This document shows, in pieces, positions 54,308-64,000 of a stretch of 64,000 nt of DNA. The notes under the pieces are model-generated. The model made no database searches, was not told the DNA's origin, and saw only the letters and a program-made list of their open reading frames with translations. Positions within the stretch are counted from its first letter, which is position 1. Every line of letters begins with the position of its first letter. The DNA is from Clostridia bacterium (GTDB lineage Bacteria > Bacillota > Clostridia > UBA1212 > DUPL01), in the NCBI GenBank assembly GCA_050951325.1, contig JBMNIW010000009.1, positions 1 through 64,000 of the forward strand, given 5' to 3'. Position numbers and translations under genes: made by a program.

Positions 54308-54775
54308 TTATTCAATTCTTGTGCTATTCTGCATAATTCCTTTTAGTTCTTCCATGAAAGTATCTATATCCTTGAACTCCTTGTATACGGATGCAAACCT
54401 TACATAAGCCACCTGATCAAGATGCCTAAGCTTTTCCATTACAAATTCTCCAATTTCCTTGGAGGAAATTTCCTTCTTCAAAGAGTTCAAAAAATACTGT
54501 TCTGCTTCATCTGCAAGCGCTTCCACCTGCTTGAGCTTAATTGGTCTTTTCTCACAGGCTCTCATTACACCAGAGATAAGCTTGTACCTGTCAAAGGCCT
54601 GTCTAGTTCCGTCTTTTTTAATCACGAACAACTGGGTGCTCTCAATCTTCTCATAAGTAGTATATCTGGATCCGCAAGCCAAACACTCTCTACGCCTGCG
54701 TATAACGGTGTGTTCATCCGTAGGCCTTGAGTCTATTACCTTGTCGTCCAAATGATTGCAGTAAGGACACTTCAC
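54308..54775 (-). CDS. nrdR: Transcriptional repressor NrdR
   Basis: KCPYC, VIDSR, RRRRECLAC..RYTTYE, VAYVRFASVY. Confidence 0.97.
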   Translation of the reverse strand: MKCPYCNHLDDKVIDSRPTDEHTVIRRRRECLACGSRYTTYEKIESTQLFVIKKDGTRQAFDRYKLISGVMRACEKRPIKLKQVEALADEAEQYFLNSLKKEISSKEIGEFVMEKLRHLDQVAYVRFASVYKEFKDIDTFMEELKGIMQNSTRIE

Positions 54776-54843
54776 GTCAGCTCCACCCACTTTCAAAATA
54801 TTTAGTATATTATACAACATTTTCCTATATCAATGCAAGGAAT

Positions 54844-55008
54844 AAAAAGTCTTCCAGTTAAGGAAACCGGAAGACATCAAATCAAACCCTTTTCATTTAT
54901 TCAATCAAGCGGGATTATGAAGTTAACAACAAAACAAAGAATACTGACGCTTTTTTAAATAACACAACAATACACTCCATTTCTGTATTTAATTTCGTTA
55001 TTCCTTTT
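54844..55008 (-). ncRNA. Candidate sRNA or small-peptide transcript
   Basis: TTTACA-17-TAAGAT promoter (55015-55043); terminator GTCTTCC..GGAAGAC-TTTTT at 54844-54875. Confidence 0.35.
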
Positions 55009-55173
55009 ATCCTTATCTTACTTAATGTTACAGTATCTGTAAATTACAAAAATAAATTTCTTTTTTTGGTAACGGTTTATTAATCTTTTATACACGGTCT
55101 GCTTCATTGATTTTGAATATGTCACATGATATAATGGTTTAAAGTAAAAAAGTCAAACAGGAGTGAGAAACGA

Positions 55174-56937
55174 ATGGATCAAAAGTTTATGTTCAGTCTC
55201 TTGTGGCCTGACTACTTCGAAGGTAAGAAAATGGAAGACAGGATAAGAAGTGGTGATGGCAAACTGTATAATCAGGATTTTCTAGAAAGAGACATGAACG
55301 TGGAAATGCTACTAGAAGGCATGGAAGTAAAAAATGAAAGCAGACCCTACGTTAAAGCCCGCTTGATGGACATGGTTCTCGACGAGAAAATTATCAAGTA
55401 TCGACAAGATATCCTTCAGGATTTTCTTGACTATCCGGAAATCCAACAAGCCTTTGACCTGGAACTGATGCCGCTTGTTATCAATCTGAATAAAATGCAG
55501 AAAACCAACATATCCCATGACGACGACATCAGAAAAATTGCATGGCGACTCGAAATTCTCAGGGTGTACACCCAGTGTGTCACGATACTGCATCGTGTCT
55601 TTTGCAGCAAAGATAGAGATTTCACATCTGAAGGACTGCAGAGACTTCAATCAATTATTTCCAGCATTGTAGAAAACGAAGGATATAAGGAACTGGTAAG
55701 ACTTTTGCCTGATTTGCATGAAAAGCTGCAGACAATGTCCGGTGTAACTCTTGGTGTCAATCTGGACCATGAATTAAGACCAACCGAGGCTGTTTTGTTG
55801 TCCATTGAACCAAAACCTTTTAGAAACAAGGCTCTCTTAACGTCAATTTTTGGAACTAGACGAAATGATGAAATGTATCATGGAATTGGAACGTTTTATT
55901 CAATTCTTAAAGATACTACAGCCAATGCTCTTGACCAAGCGATAATGAGGGACCTGGCTTATGTCATGGAAGATACTTTCAGACACATGGCCATGGTACT
56001 CAACCGCTTTGCCTGGGTTGAAACCGCATTCATTTTTGATTTGGTTCCAGAAGTCTACTACTACATCGGCGGCAGTAACCTGGCACGCAACCTCTTGGAA
56101 GGCGGAATGCCTGTATGCTTCCCTACTCCAATGCCAGCGGAAGACAGAGTATTTATAGTAAAGGATCTTTACGATGCAAGCTTTGCTATACGAATTCTCT
56201 CCGATACTGGAATAAAGGCACTTCACAACATTATCGTCACCAACAATGCAAGAATGTGCGACGACCCGGGAAGACTGCTCATACTTACTGGTGCGAACCA
56301 GGGCGGAAAGACCACCTTTACAAGAGCAGTTGGCATTGCGCAGATTCTGTTCCAGGCTGGTCTTCCAATACCAGGCACCGAAGGAAAAATCAGTCCTGTG
56401 GATAATATATACACTCACTTCCCTGAGCTTGAGAAGAACTCCATCAGCGAAGGCCGTTTGGGTGAAGAGTGCGTAAGGCTTGAAGGCATTCTGCCAAGAC
56501 TTACAAAGTACAGCATGATACTCATGAACGAATCACTGTCAAGTACCAGCCACCAGGAAAGCCTGACTATTGCTGAGGAAATCATGAAATACCTCAGAAC
56601 CATCGGTGCAAGAGGCGTATTTGCAACCCATATGCATGAACTTGCAGAAGATTTGAATGAGATTAACAAACAGTCTGCCCTCAGCAACCTAGTAAGCCTT
56701 GTGGCAGGTGTTGATGAAGAACAGCAAATGGAGGTAATGACGGAAGAAGGCATTAAGACATTCAGAGGCTCCAAGAGAACGTACAAGATTGTCGAATCTC
56801 CACCACAAGGAAGAAGCTTTGCTCTTGACATTGCAAGAACGTACGGAATTACCTTTGAACAATTGCTTGATTCACATAAAAACAGACATGAACTGGGTGT
56901 GGAGGAAGAAACTCCTCTCCCAAGAAGGATAGTATAG
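55174..56937 (+). CDS. MutS-related ATPase (MutS domain V only)
   Basis: LTGANQGGKTT, GRLGEE, MNESLSST, FATHMHELA; no mismatch-binding domain I. Confidence 0.85.
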   Translation: MDQKFMFSLLWPDYFEGKKMEDRIRSGDGKLYNQDFLERDMNVEMLLEGMEVKNESRPYVKARLMDMVLDEKIIKYRQDILQDFLDYPEIQQAFDLELMPLVINLNKMQKTNISHDDDIRKIAWRLEILRVYTQCVTILHRVFCSKDRDFTSEGLQRLQSIISSIVENEGYKELVRLLPDLHEKLQTMSGVTLGVNLDHELRPTEAVLLSIEPKPFRNKALLTSIFGTRRNDEMYHGIGTFYSILKDTTANALDQAIMRDLAYVMEDTFRHMAMVLNRFAWVETAFIFDLVPEVYYYIGGSNLARNLLEGGMPVCFPTPMPAEDRVFIVKDLYDASFAIRILSDTGIKALHNIIVTNNARMCDDPGRLLILTGANQGGKTTFTRAVGIAQILFQAGLPIPGTEGKISPVDNIYTHFPELEKNSISEGRLGEECVRLEGILPRLTKYSMILMNESLSSTSHQESLTIAEEIMKYLRTIGARGVFATHMHELAEDLNEINKQSALSNLVSLVAGVDEEQQMEVMTEEGIKTFRGSKRTYKIVESPPQGRSFALDIARTYGITFEQLLDSHKNRHELGVEEETPLPRRIV

Positions 56938-56952
56938 GGTGAAATTTAATAT

Positions 56953-58164
56953 ATGAAATATGTTGTAGTATTAGGTGACGGAATGGCTGATTACCCAGTG
57001 AAAGAGCTGGGCTATAAGACACCATTGCAATATGCCAACAAGCCAAACATGGACAAGCTTGCTTCATCAGGTGAATTGGGACTTGTGAATACCGTGCCCT
57101 TGAACATGAAGATACCTGGCAGCGATATAGCCAACATGTCGGTTTTGGGATACGATCCTGAAAAATACTATACAGGACGCTCCCCTCTTGAAGCTGTAAG
57201 TATGAATATCGATTTAGGAGAAGATGATCTGGCTGTACGATGCAATCTGGTAACACTCAGCGCTGAAGAGAACTATGAGGACAAAACCATGGTTGACTAC
57301 AGCAGTGACGAGATTACATCGGAAGAGGCAGCCGAACTTATTAAACTGGTTGACGAAAAGCTTGGCAGCAATACCATCAGATTCCATGCCGGAGTCAGCT
57401 ACAGGCACTGCATGGTTTGGAAATTGAAAGAAGATTCAAACCTTGACCTGACACCTCCCCATGACATATCAACAAAAAAGATTGCCAATTACCTGCCCAA
57501 AACAGAACAAGGAAAAATCCTTCTTGAACTTATGAAGGAAAGCGAAAAGCTTCTTAAGGATCACCCCATAAACAAAGACAGAATAAAGAGGGGTTTGAAT
57601 CCTGCAAACTCCATCTGGCTTTGGGGCGAAGGGAGAAAGCCTTATCTTGACAGCTTTTATAACAAGTACAAGTTAAAGGGAGCGGTTGTATCAGCAGTTG
57701 ACTTAATCAAGGGTATAGGTTTGTGTGCAGGCCTTAAGCCACTTTATGTAAAAGGTGCAACGGGCAACATCAACACGGACTTTTCCGCAAAAGCTCAAAT
57801 TGCAATTGACTACCTTCTCAATGAAGGAGACTTTGTTTACATACATGTGGAAGCCCCGGATGAATGTGGGCACAGGCATGAAATCGAGAACAAGGTAAGA
57901 GCAATTGAGCTTATTGACGAGAAAGTGGTTGGTCCGATACTTGAGCAAATGGAAAAACAGGGCGACTTCAAGATTATGATACTGCCCGACCATGCAACTC
58001 CATTGTCACTAAGAACCCACACCCACGATCCGGTGCCTTACATTATATATGACAGCACCAATATAAATAAATCGTCAAATCTCAATTATGACGAGGAAAG
58101 CGCAAAGAAAACGAACTTGATAATAGAAAAAGGTCACAAATTAATGGACCGTTTTCTAAAATAA
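56953..58164 (+). CDS. apgM: 2,3-bisphosphoglycerate-independent phosphoglycerate mutase (archaeal type)
   Basis: LGDGMAD, PGSDIANMS, HVEAPDECGH, PDHATP..RTH. Confidence 0.9.
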   Translation: MKYVVVLGDGMADYPVKELGYKTPLQYANKPNMDKLASSGELGLVNTVPLNMKIPGSDIANMSVLGYDPEKYYTGRSPLEAVSMNIDLGEDDLAVRCNLVTLSAEENYEDKTMVDYSSDEITSEEAAELIKLVDEKLGSNTIRFHAGVSYRHCMVWKLKEDSNLDLTPPHDISTKKIANYLPKTEQGKILLELMKESEKLLKDHPINKDRIKRGLNPANSIWLWGEGRKPYLDSFYNKYKLKGAVVSAVDLIKGIGLCAGLKPLYVKGATGNINTDFSAKAQIAIDYLLNEGDFVYIHVEAPDECGHRHEIENKVRAIELIDEKVVGPILEQMEKQGDFKIMILPDHATPLSLRTHTHDPVPYIIYDSTNINKSSNLNYDEESAKKTNLIIEKGHKLMDRFLK

Positions 58165-58189
58165 CACCAAAAAAGATAGGATTAATATC

Positions 58190-58870
58190 CTATCTTTTTT
58201 GATTTATCAAACTCTCAATTCTTCTTTCAATTTCCTCAGCGATCTCCTCTATCGGTCTCATCCTGCCATCAACAGTACAATCGAGCAGCCATACATTGTC
58301 AAAATGCTTTGCAGCTTCAATATACCCTTGTCTTACCTTGTCAAGAAGTTCCCTGTTCTTCTCATAGACATCGGCACTATCGCCTACATAGTCCCTGTGC
58401 CCTTTTAAGGAAACATTCCTTCTTGAATTGTCAGTAGTTACATCAAACACAATAAACAAGTCAGGTTTTGGTATCTCAAGAATCCCATACTCAAGCTCAT
58501 GAATCCAAGCTATCAAATCCCTCTTCTTTTCATCACAAGTTCTGTTGCTTTGATACACCGCATTGGACAAAGTGGATCTGTTAAGAAGAACAATGTCATA
58601 TACGGACAAATCCGTATTTTTGAAAGCAAGCCATCTATCCATGGCGTACCAAAGGGACATGGATTTAACATCCATGTTACTGGCAGTAGTTTCCTCTTTT
58701 CCAGAAAGAAAAATGCCTATTTCCTTTCCAAAAAAGGAGTCATAAACAGGGAAATCCAAAACCCCTACCCTATAGCCTTTTCTTGAAAGCCTCTCACTAG
58801 CTTCCTTTAGCTGCACTCCTTTTCCACTGCCATCAATGCCTTCAAAAGCAATGATTAAGGTTTTTTTCAT
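58190..58870 (-). CDS. tmk: Thymidylate kinase
   Basis: FEGIDGSGKG, FPVY, YAMDR, NRSTLSNAVYQ, PKPDL. Confidence 0.8.
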   Translation of the reverse strand: MKKTLIIAFEGIDGSGKGVQLKEASERLSRKGYRVGVLDFPVYDSFFGKEIGIFLSGKEETTASNMDVKSMSLWYAMDRWLAFKNTDLSVYDIVLLNRSTLSNAVYQSNRTCDEKKRDLIAWIHELEYGILEIPKPDLFIVFDVTTDNSRRNVSLKGHRDYVGDSADVYEKNRELLDKVRQGYIEAAKHFDNVWLLDCTVDGRMRPIEEIAEEIERRIESLINQKR

Positions 58871-58889
58871 TTCACTACTCCTTGCCAAA

Positions 58890-59756
58890 TTAAAATCCAT
58901 TGTTCAAATAATAGTATATCTCACTGTTGGTGACAAATATCAGGTCTTCCGCTTCAGACAGTTTTTTGAGTATGCTTTCAAACTCATCCCAACTGTCATA
59001 TAAATCAAACTCCCAGGAATGACCCCATACATAAAGAAGCATATCCTCCTTTGCTTCCTGTGATATGAACTTGTCAACAAGATTCTTCACTTCAGACTGG
59101 TGACAAGTAGGTCTCCATATCATAAAATTGTTGGGCATGGTAAAACGATAGGTTGAAGATGTTTCTCTTGCATACTTTATTTCCGTATTATTCTGTATTA
59201 CATCAATAACCCTGCGGTTGTAAAACGGTCCTCCAGGATAGGCCATGCCTATCACCTTTTGTCCCATAACTTCCTGAATTGTATTGAAATCATCATTCAC
59301 TTCCTTAATTATATCCTCATCTTCCAAGGTTCTTAAATCAGGATGATTTACTGTATGCACGGCAACTTCATGTCCTTCATACACACTTTTGATTTCCTCG
59401 GCTGATAGCTTGGTGAAGTCCACATTACCGTCCTGCAAATTTAAAGTACCTTCCACCCCTAGTGAACCGGTATTTATGTTGAATGTGCACTTAATACCAT
59501 ATTTGTTGAACAACTCAGCCAGCCTTTTGTCCTGAACTGTTCCGTCATCAAAACTAAAAGTCACAAACTTATGCGGCTTGCTCTTGTCCAAACTCTTGAT
59601 AAAATCAGACACGGGTTCTCTCAAGGTTTCCGTCACAGGTGGCTCTTCCGTAGGCTCGATAATATCTTCTTTTTTTTCTTCGTTGGCTTTCGTACATGAA
59701 CCAAGCACAAAACACATAGTTAATGCAATAAAAACTTTGAAAAACTTTGTAACCAT
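58890..59756 (-). CDS. Polysaccharide deacetylase (CE4) lipoprotein
   Basis: Lipobox LGSC; TFSFDDG, HEVAVHTVNHP, AYPGG, WGHSWE. Confidence 0.88.
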   Translation of the reverse strand: MVTKFFKVFIALTMCFVLGSCTKANEEKKEDIIEPTEEPPVTETLREPVSDFIKSLDKSKPHKFVTFSFDDGTVQDKRLAELFNKYGIKCTFNINTGSLGVEGTLNLQDGNVDFTKLSAEEIKSVYEGHEVAVHTVNHPDLRTLEDEDIIKEVNDDFNTIQEVMGQKVIGMAYPGGPFYNRRVIDVIQNNTEIKYARETSSTYRFTMPNNFMIWRPTCHQSEVKNLVDKFISQEAKEDMLLYVWGHSWEFDLYDSWDEFESILKKLSEAEDLIFVTNSEIYYYLNNGF

Positions 59757-59834
59757 ATATCCTCCAAAAAAAAGTAATCATCCTCTAGTTTAGCACCAGA
59801 AAAAACATAAAACAAGAGGCACATGCCCCTTTTA

Positions 59835-61277
59835 TCACAAATTATACCAGATACAAACCTCACTTTCAGAGACAGTTATCTTCTCAACCACAATCTTTAC
59901 TATCTTCCTCTTTACTTCCCCGCTTAAATCCTTATATGATTTTAATGTTTTAAGAAGCAAATTAAGAGATTCTGTTTTATTCTCCACAGCCCGTTCCAGT
60001 CTATCAATTTCATCCTTGTACCTTTCTATTGCAGACTTAAGCTCAAGGTTCATACTGTCGTACATATCCGCAGTAATACGTCCATCAAGTCTGTCATAGT
60101 ACAATATTTTCTGTTTTCTCAAAGAGGATTCAATAAGATTTCTTAATATATTTATTTCCTCATCCCTCTCTTCATTTATCTGTGCCAGCTCTTCAATACA
60201 GTTAGGATTACTCTTTACATAATCACTCAGCACCATATAAATATCGGAAAAAACAATATTGGATAAATAACTCTCACTTACAAAATGTCTTGAACAAGCA
60301 GCCCTGCCTTGTTTTTCATAAGTCTGACATGTATATCCATCCGCTCCTTTTGTCTGTTTTCTGGAATACATCCTTTTATTGCAGTCAGCACAAAATACAA
60401 GACCTTTGAAAATACTTAATCCACCCTTGTGATTTCCACTACCTTTTTGTCTTTTAATTCTTTCCTTTTGAACCTTGTCAAATGTTTCTTCGTCGATAAT
60501 TGGTTCATGGGTGTTTTTTGTAATCACCCACTCGGACTTGGGCAACCTTCTTGTTTTCTTGCTTTTATAGCTGACTCTTTCACTTACTCCCTGCACGGTA
60601 TCTCCCACATAGACGCGGCTTGTCAGGATTCTTTTTATTTGCGTTACGTTCCATTTCTTCTTGCCAATACCTTTTTCCTCAAGTATTTCGGAAATCTTCT
60701 TGTATCCATAACCTTCAAGATACAACTTATATATCTCCCTAACCACAAAAGCTTCCTCTTCACAAACTTCCAGCTTGTTTCTAACGTCCTTTGATTTTAC
60801 ATAACCATAAGGAGGATTCCCAATATATTCTCCCCTTTCAATCTTATGTCTCAAATTCGCCCTAATTTTTCTTGATATGTCAATTACATATCTTTCATTA
60901 AACCAGCTGTCTATACCTACAGTCTCAGCATCCCTCAAAGAATCATATCTTCCGTCATAAGTTAGAACCCTTACTCCATACTCTTCCACACTTTCAAGAA
61001 AAAGAAGCGTTCTGGCATTGCTTCTCCCAAGCCTTGACAAGTCTTTAGCAACAAGAATGTCAAACTTTCCAAAGGATGCATCTTCAATTAGTTTCTTAAT
61101 GCCAGGACGCTCAAAGTTGATACCCGAGTAATTGTCATCCTCATATACTTTATATACAGCGCCTAAATTTTTTTCTTCAACAAATTTCTCTAAAAGACTT
61201 TTCTGTGTTTCGATGGTTTCATAAGACAATCCAAGGTCATCCCTGCTCTCCCTTACATAAATGGCTACCTTTTTCAT
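59835..61277 (-). CDS. Large serine recombinase (resolvase + recombinase + Zn ribbon)
   Basis: AIYVRES catalytic Ser, KDLSRLGRS, PPYGY, HEPII, LVFCADC..Y.C. Confidence 0.92.
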   Translation of the reverse strand: MKKVAIYVRESRDDLGLSYETIETQKSLLEKFVEEKNLGAVYKVYEDDNYSGINFERPGIKKLIEDASFGKFDILVAKDLSRLGRSNARTLLFLESVEEYGVRVLTYDGRYDSLRDAETVGIDSWFNERYVIDISRKIRANLRHKIERGEYIGNPPYGYVKSKDVRNKLEVCEEEAFVVREIYKLYLEGYGYKKISEILEEKGIGKKKWNVTQIKRILTSRVYVGDTVQGVSERVSYKSKKTRRLPKSEWVITKNTHEPIIDEETFDKVQKERIKRQKGSGNHKGGLSIFKGLVFCADCNKRMYSRKQTKGADGYTCQTYEKQGRAACSRHFVSESYLSNIVFSDIYMVLSDYVKSNPNCIEELAQINEERDEEINILRNLIESSLRKQKILYYDRLDGRITADMYDSMNLELKSAIERYKDEIDRLERAVENKTESLNLLLKTLKSYKDLSGEVKRKIVKIVVEKITVSESEVCIWYNL

Positions 61278-61288
61278 TAAACAATCAC

Positions 61289-61378
61289 CTAAATGTCAAT
61301 ATCCACAATCAAAGACAAAAGGGCGAGCAGGGATTCCTTCACACAACCTTTATAGACTCTCTTTATCTCATATTTCAT
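61289..61378 (-). CDS. Putative 29-aa leader ORF of the recombinase
   Basis: AAGGATGA RBS; MKYEIKRVYKGCVKESLLALLSLIVDIDI; TAG overlaps the recombinase RBS AGGTGA. Confidence 0.45.
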   Translation of the reverse strand: MKYEIKRVYKGCVKESLLALLSLIVDIDI

Positions 61379-61432
61379 CAAGAATCATCCTTGACAATTC
61401 GTTTAATTAATATATATGAGATAATAAGAAAG

Positions 61433-62881
61433 CTATTCTTGTTCAAACATCATGGACATGACATAAAAATCACTAAAATACTTGCTGTTGGCAAGCTCAA
61501 TGTAGTCTACAGCCTTGCTTATATCAATTGCAGCATTCAAAAGACTTTCTTCAAGTAATATTTGACTGGCTCCCTTTCCTGAAGAATTTCCACATGAACT
61601 TATCTTCCCTCTAAACTCATATGGAAGAAGAGTTGCATCAATTGCACTATTTATGTCAATATAGCTGCCGAAACCTCCCGCTAACAGAACTTCATCTATC
61701 TCCTCAAGAGAAATGCCTGCATGTTTTGCAATAACACGTATACCGGCACCTATGGCAGCCTTTGCATTCTGAAACTCCCTTACATCCCTTGTGGTAAGGT
61801 ATATGCCAGGACTTACTTCAAAGTCTTCCTCCATGAAACCAGTTTCATCTATCAGTTCCATGTTTACAAGACAAGCAATCAAATCAATCAGACCACTTCC
61901 GCAAATTCCTCTAGCCTTTTCATTGCCCAGTGTATATACGTTCAAAGCCCCATCCTCTTTCATCTCAACCTTGCAGATGGCTCCTGTAACACCACCCATC
62001 CCGTACTTTATATTCGCTCCTTCAAACGCCGGACCACAGGCGGTTGATGCTCCAATTAATTTACCCCTGTTGTTCAAAACCATTTCACCATTCGTACCCA
62101 TGTCTATAAGTAAAATATTTTTGTCGCTCTTGTACATGCCAGTAGACAGAACACCTGCCGTAATATCTCCACCTATAAATGCGGATATGGAGGGTGTCAA
62201 AATCACCTTTTCCACTCCCAAACCAAGTTCATCATTGGTGAATATCTTTGCATCGGTAAACACAGGCACATAGGGTGCAATAGCAATGGTTTTTGTCTCT
62301 TCTCCTACCAGAAAATGCAGCATGGTGGTGTTTCCTGCAATAACACAAATTGAAATGTTGTCAAACCTGGAAAGCAGTTTCTTAAGACAGGATATAATCA
62401 AAGCCTGCATTACCTTTGTTCCGTTATTGTTATTGATGGTGTAATCTATTCTCGAAATAACGTCAGCACCATGTTTTGCCTGCGGATTCAGGCAGGAATC
62501 TACATGGATTAATTCCTTTGTTTCAAGGTCGTAAAAATAGGCAGCGATGGTGGTAGTGCCAATATCTATGGCAGCACCAACCTTTTCACTGAAAGGATTA
62601 TCACCCAATGTCATGTCATCGGATAGTGTAAGTACATACGCCTCAGCCTTTTCAGTTGCGTATTCAGGTAGGGTTACCTTATGACTGGAATTTACCTTGA
62701 ACATGCAGGACAAAACATCTTCACCATCCACGTTGACCTTGCACTTGTTGCAGGTTCCCTTGCCGCCGCAAGTTGCATTTATCCTGTATCCTGCCTCTGT
62801 TAATATGTCAAACAAGAGTCTTCCGTTTTCCGCTTCGATTTCCTTTAGCAAGTTTCCTTTTGTATCATAAATGGTCAGCAT
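61433..62881 (-). CDS. ASKHA-domain [2Fe-2S] protein (RACo/DUF4445 corrinoid reductive activator family)
   Basis: CGGKGTCNKC, IDIGTTT, GADVISRI, DMGTNGEM, GPAFEGA, GICGSG, LAGGFG. Confidence 0.88.
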   Translation of the reverse strand: MLTIYDTKGNLLKEIEAENGRLLFDILTEAGYRINATCGGKGTCNKCKVNVDGEDVLSCMFKVNSSHKVTLPEYATEKAEAYVLTLSDDMTLGDNPFSEKVGAAIDIGTTTIAAYFYDLETKELIHVDSCLNPQAKHGADVISRIDYTINNNNGTKVMQALIISCLKKLLSRFDNISICVIAGNTTMLHFLVGEETKTIAIAPYVPVFTDAKIFTNDELGLGVEKVILTPSISAFIGGDITAGVLSTGMYKSDKNILLIDMGTNGEMVLNNRGKLIGASTACGPAFEGANIKYGMGGVTGAICKVEMKEDGALNVYTLGNEKARGICGSGLIDLIACLVNMELIDETGFMEEDFEVSPGIYLTTRDVREFQNAKAAIGAGIRVIAKHAGISLEEIDEVLLAGGFGSYIDINSAIDATLLPYEFRGKISSCGNSSGKGASQILLEESLLNAAIDISKAVDYIELANSKYFSDFYVMSMMFEQE

Positions 62882-62966
62882 TATAATCACCTTTTTCTTG
62901 TTTTTACATTTCGGATAGTATACACTAAGAATGAAATAAAATAAAGGGAGATACCAGGAGTTTTAT

Positions 62967-64000
62967 ATGACAAACTGTGCAATTATATGTGAATACAATC
63001 CTTTTCACAACGGACATGCGCACCATATTGAAGAAACCAGAAGAAAAACAAACTGCAACTATATAATCTCCATTATGAGCGGAAACTACGTTCAAAGAGG
63101 AGAGCCTGCCATTATGGACAAGTGGGAAAGAACAAGAGCAGCTCTAAAATGCGGTTCCGATCTTGTAATTGAACTTCCCTTTATCTACGCCTGCTCAAGT
63201 GCGGAATATTTTGCAAATGCGGCGGTTGATATCATTAACAAAACCAATGTGGTTGATTATCTGTCTTTTGGCAGTGATTCAGGCGATCTTGATTATCTAA
63301 AAAACATTGCAGCAAAAAGAATCAACAAAAAATTAGACCTTACAGGTGAAATTGCCAAGGCATACAAGGAAGGCATCTCATACCCCAAGGCAATGCAGCT
63401 GATATATGACGAGCCTGAGTTGAAATCAAACGACATCTTGGGTATTAGGTATCTTATGGCACTAGAAAAGTCAAAAAGTTCAGTGGAGCCTGTAACCATT
63501 AAAAGAAAAGGTTCTGAATACAAGGACAAGGCAATAACCAGCGAAACTCCCAGTGCTACTGCCATAAGGAAACATATCACAGATTCTAAAGATTATAACC
63601 TTTTGTCAAAAGTAATGCCCAAGGAATCCATGCACATTCTTATGGAGGAAATTGAAAAAGGAAGGGCCCCTGTTACCCTCAAGTCCTTTGAGAAACAGAT
63701 ACTATCGACTCTAAGAACACTAAAACCGAAGGGAATCGCTGACAAACCCCATATAACCCCCGGGCTTGAGTACAGACTCTACCAAAACGCCATGGAATGC
63801 TCAAACATTGATGAGGTAATAGACGCCACAGTAAGTAAAGTCTTTACAAGAACCAGAATCCAAAGACTTTTGATTCATGCGCTCCATGGGGTAACAAAAG
63901 AAATGCATGCAAATTTCATGGACGTCCCTTATGTGCGAGTACTGGGTTTCAAGAAAAGAGCTGAACCTCTCTTGAAAAAAATTAACAGAAGCTGCAATGT
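62967..64000 (+). CDS. tmcAL: tRNA(Met) cytidine acetate ligase, HIGH nucleotidyltransferase (partial, runs off window)
   Basis: ICEYNPFHNGH, MSGNYVQRGEPAI, DLVIELP, SAEYFA, SNDILG, SATAIR; ORF open to the window end. Confidence 0.9.
   Translation, partial: MTNCAIICEYNPFHNGHAHHIEETRRKTNCNYIISIMSGNYVQRGEPAIMDKWERTRAALKCGSDLVIELPFIYACSSAEYFANAAVDIINKTNVVDYLSFGSDSGDLDYLKNIAAKRINKKLDLTGEIAKAYKEGISYPKAMQLIYDEPELKSNDILGIRYLMALEKSKSSVEPVTIKRKGSEYKDKAITSETPSATAIRKHITDSKDYNLLSKVMPKESMHILMEEIEKGRAPVTLKSFEKQILSTLRTLKPKGIADKPHITPGLEYRLYQNAMECSNIDEVIDATVSKVFTRTRIQRLLIHALHGVTKEMHANFMDVPYVRVLGFKKRAEPLLKKINRSCN

Noticed and set aside
59757-61432. Prophage or ICE boundary at the serine recombinase
   Set aside because: No att-like direct repeats, cargo or compositional shift visible in the flanks.

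Overview
Chromosomal segment of a low-GC Firmicute, most likely Clostridia. This rests on hrcA-grpE-dnaK-dnaJ with a perfect CIRCE, CtsR boxes, a PyrR attenuator, dprA-topA-trmFO and tmcAL. Bases 1-10,400 are a decayed accessory zone: an IS1182 that duplicated a whole 26-bp terminator hairpin, several pseudogene fragments, and an IS21 inserted into an IS1634 transposase with an adjacent deletion. The rest is mostly housekeeping and carbohydrate genes: dusB, two GH78 rhamnosidases, metK, the heat-shock cluster, the pyr operon, nrdR, apgM, tmk and an ASKHA activator. The most notable items are (1) a Shango-like TerB/ATPase/helicase anti-phage module whose SngA appears to carry three tandem TerB_N domains, embedded in a housekeeping transcription unit; (2) an intact but catalytically degenerate Dam-methylase homologue coupled to metK; (3) a miniaturised, Walker-less ComM next to dprA; (4) an orphan large serine recombinase with an unannotated 29-aa coupled leader ORF; and (5) two candidate sRNA/attenuator units. 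Family assignments come from motif recognition by eye; no database searches were run. Some frameshifts may be sequencing errors.
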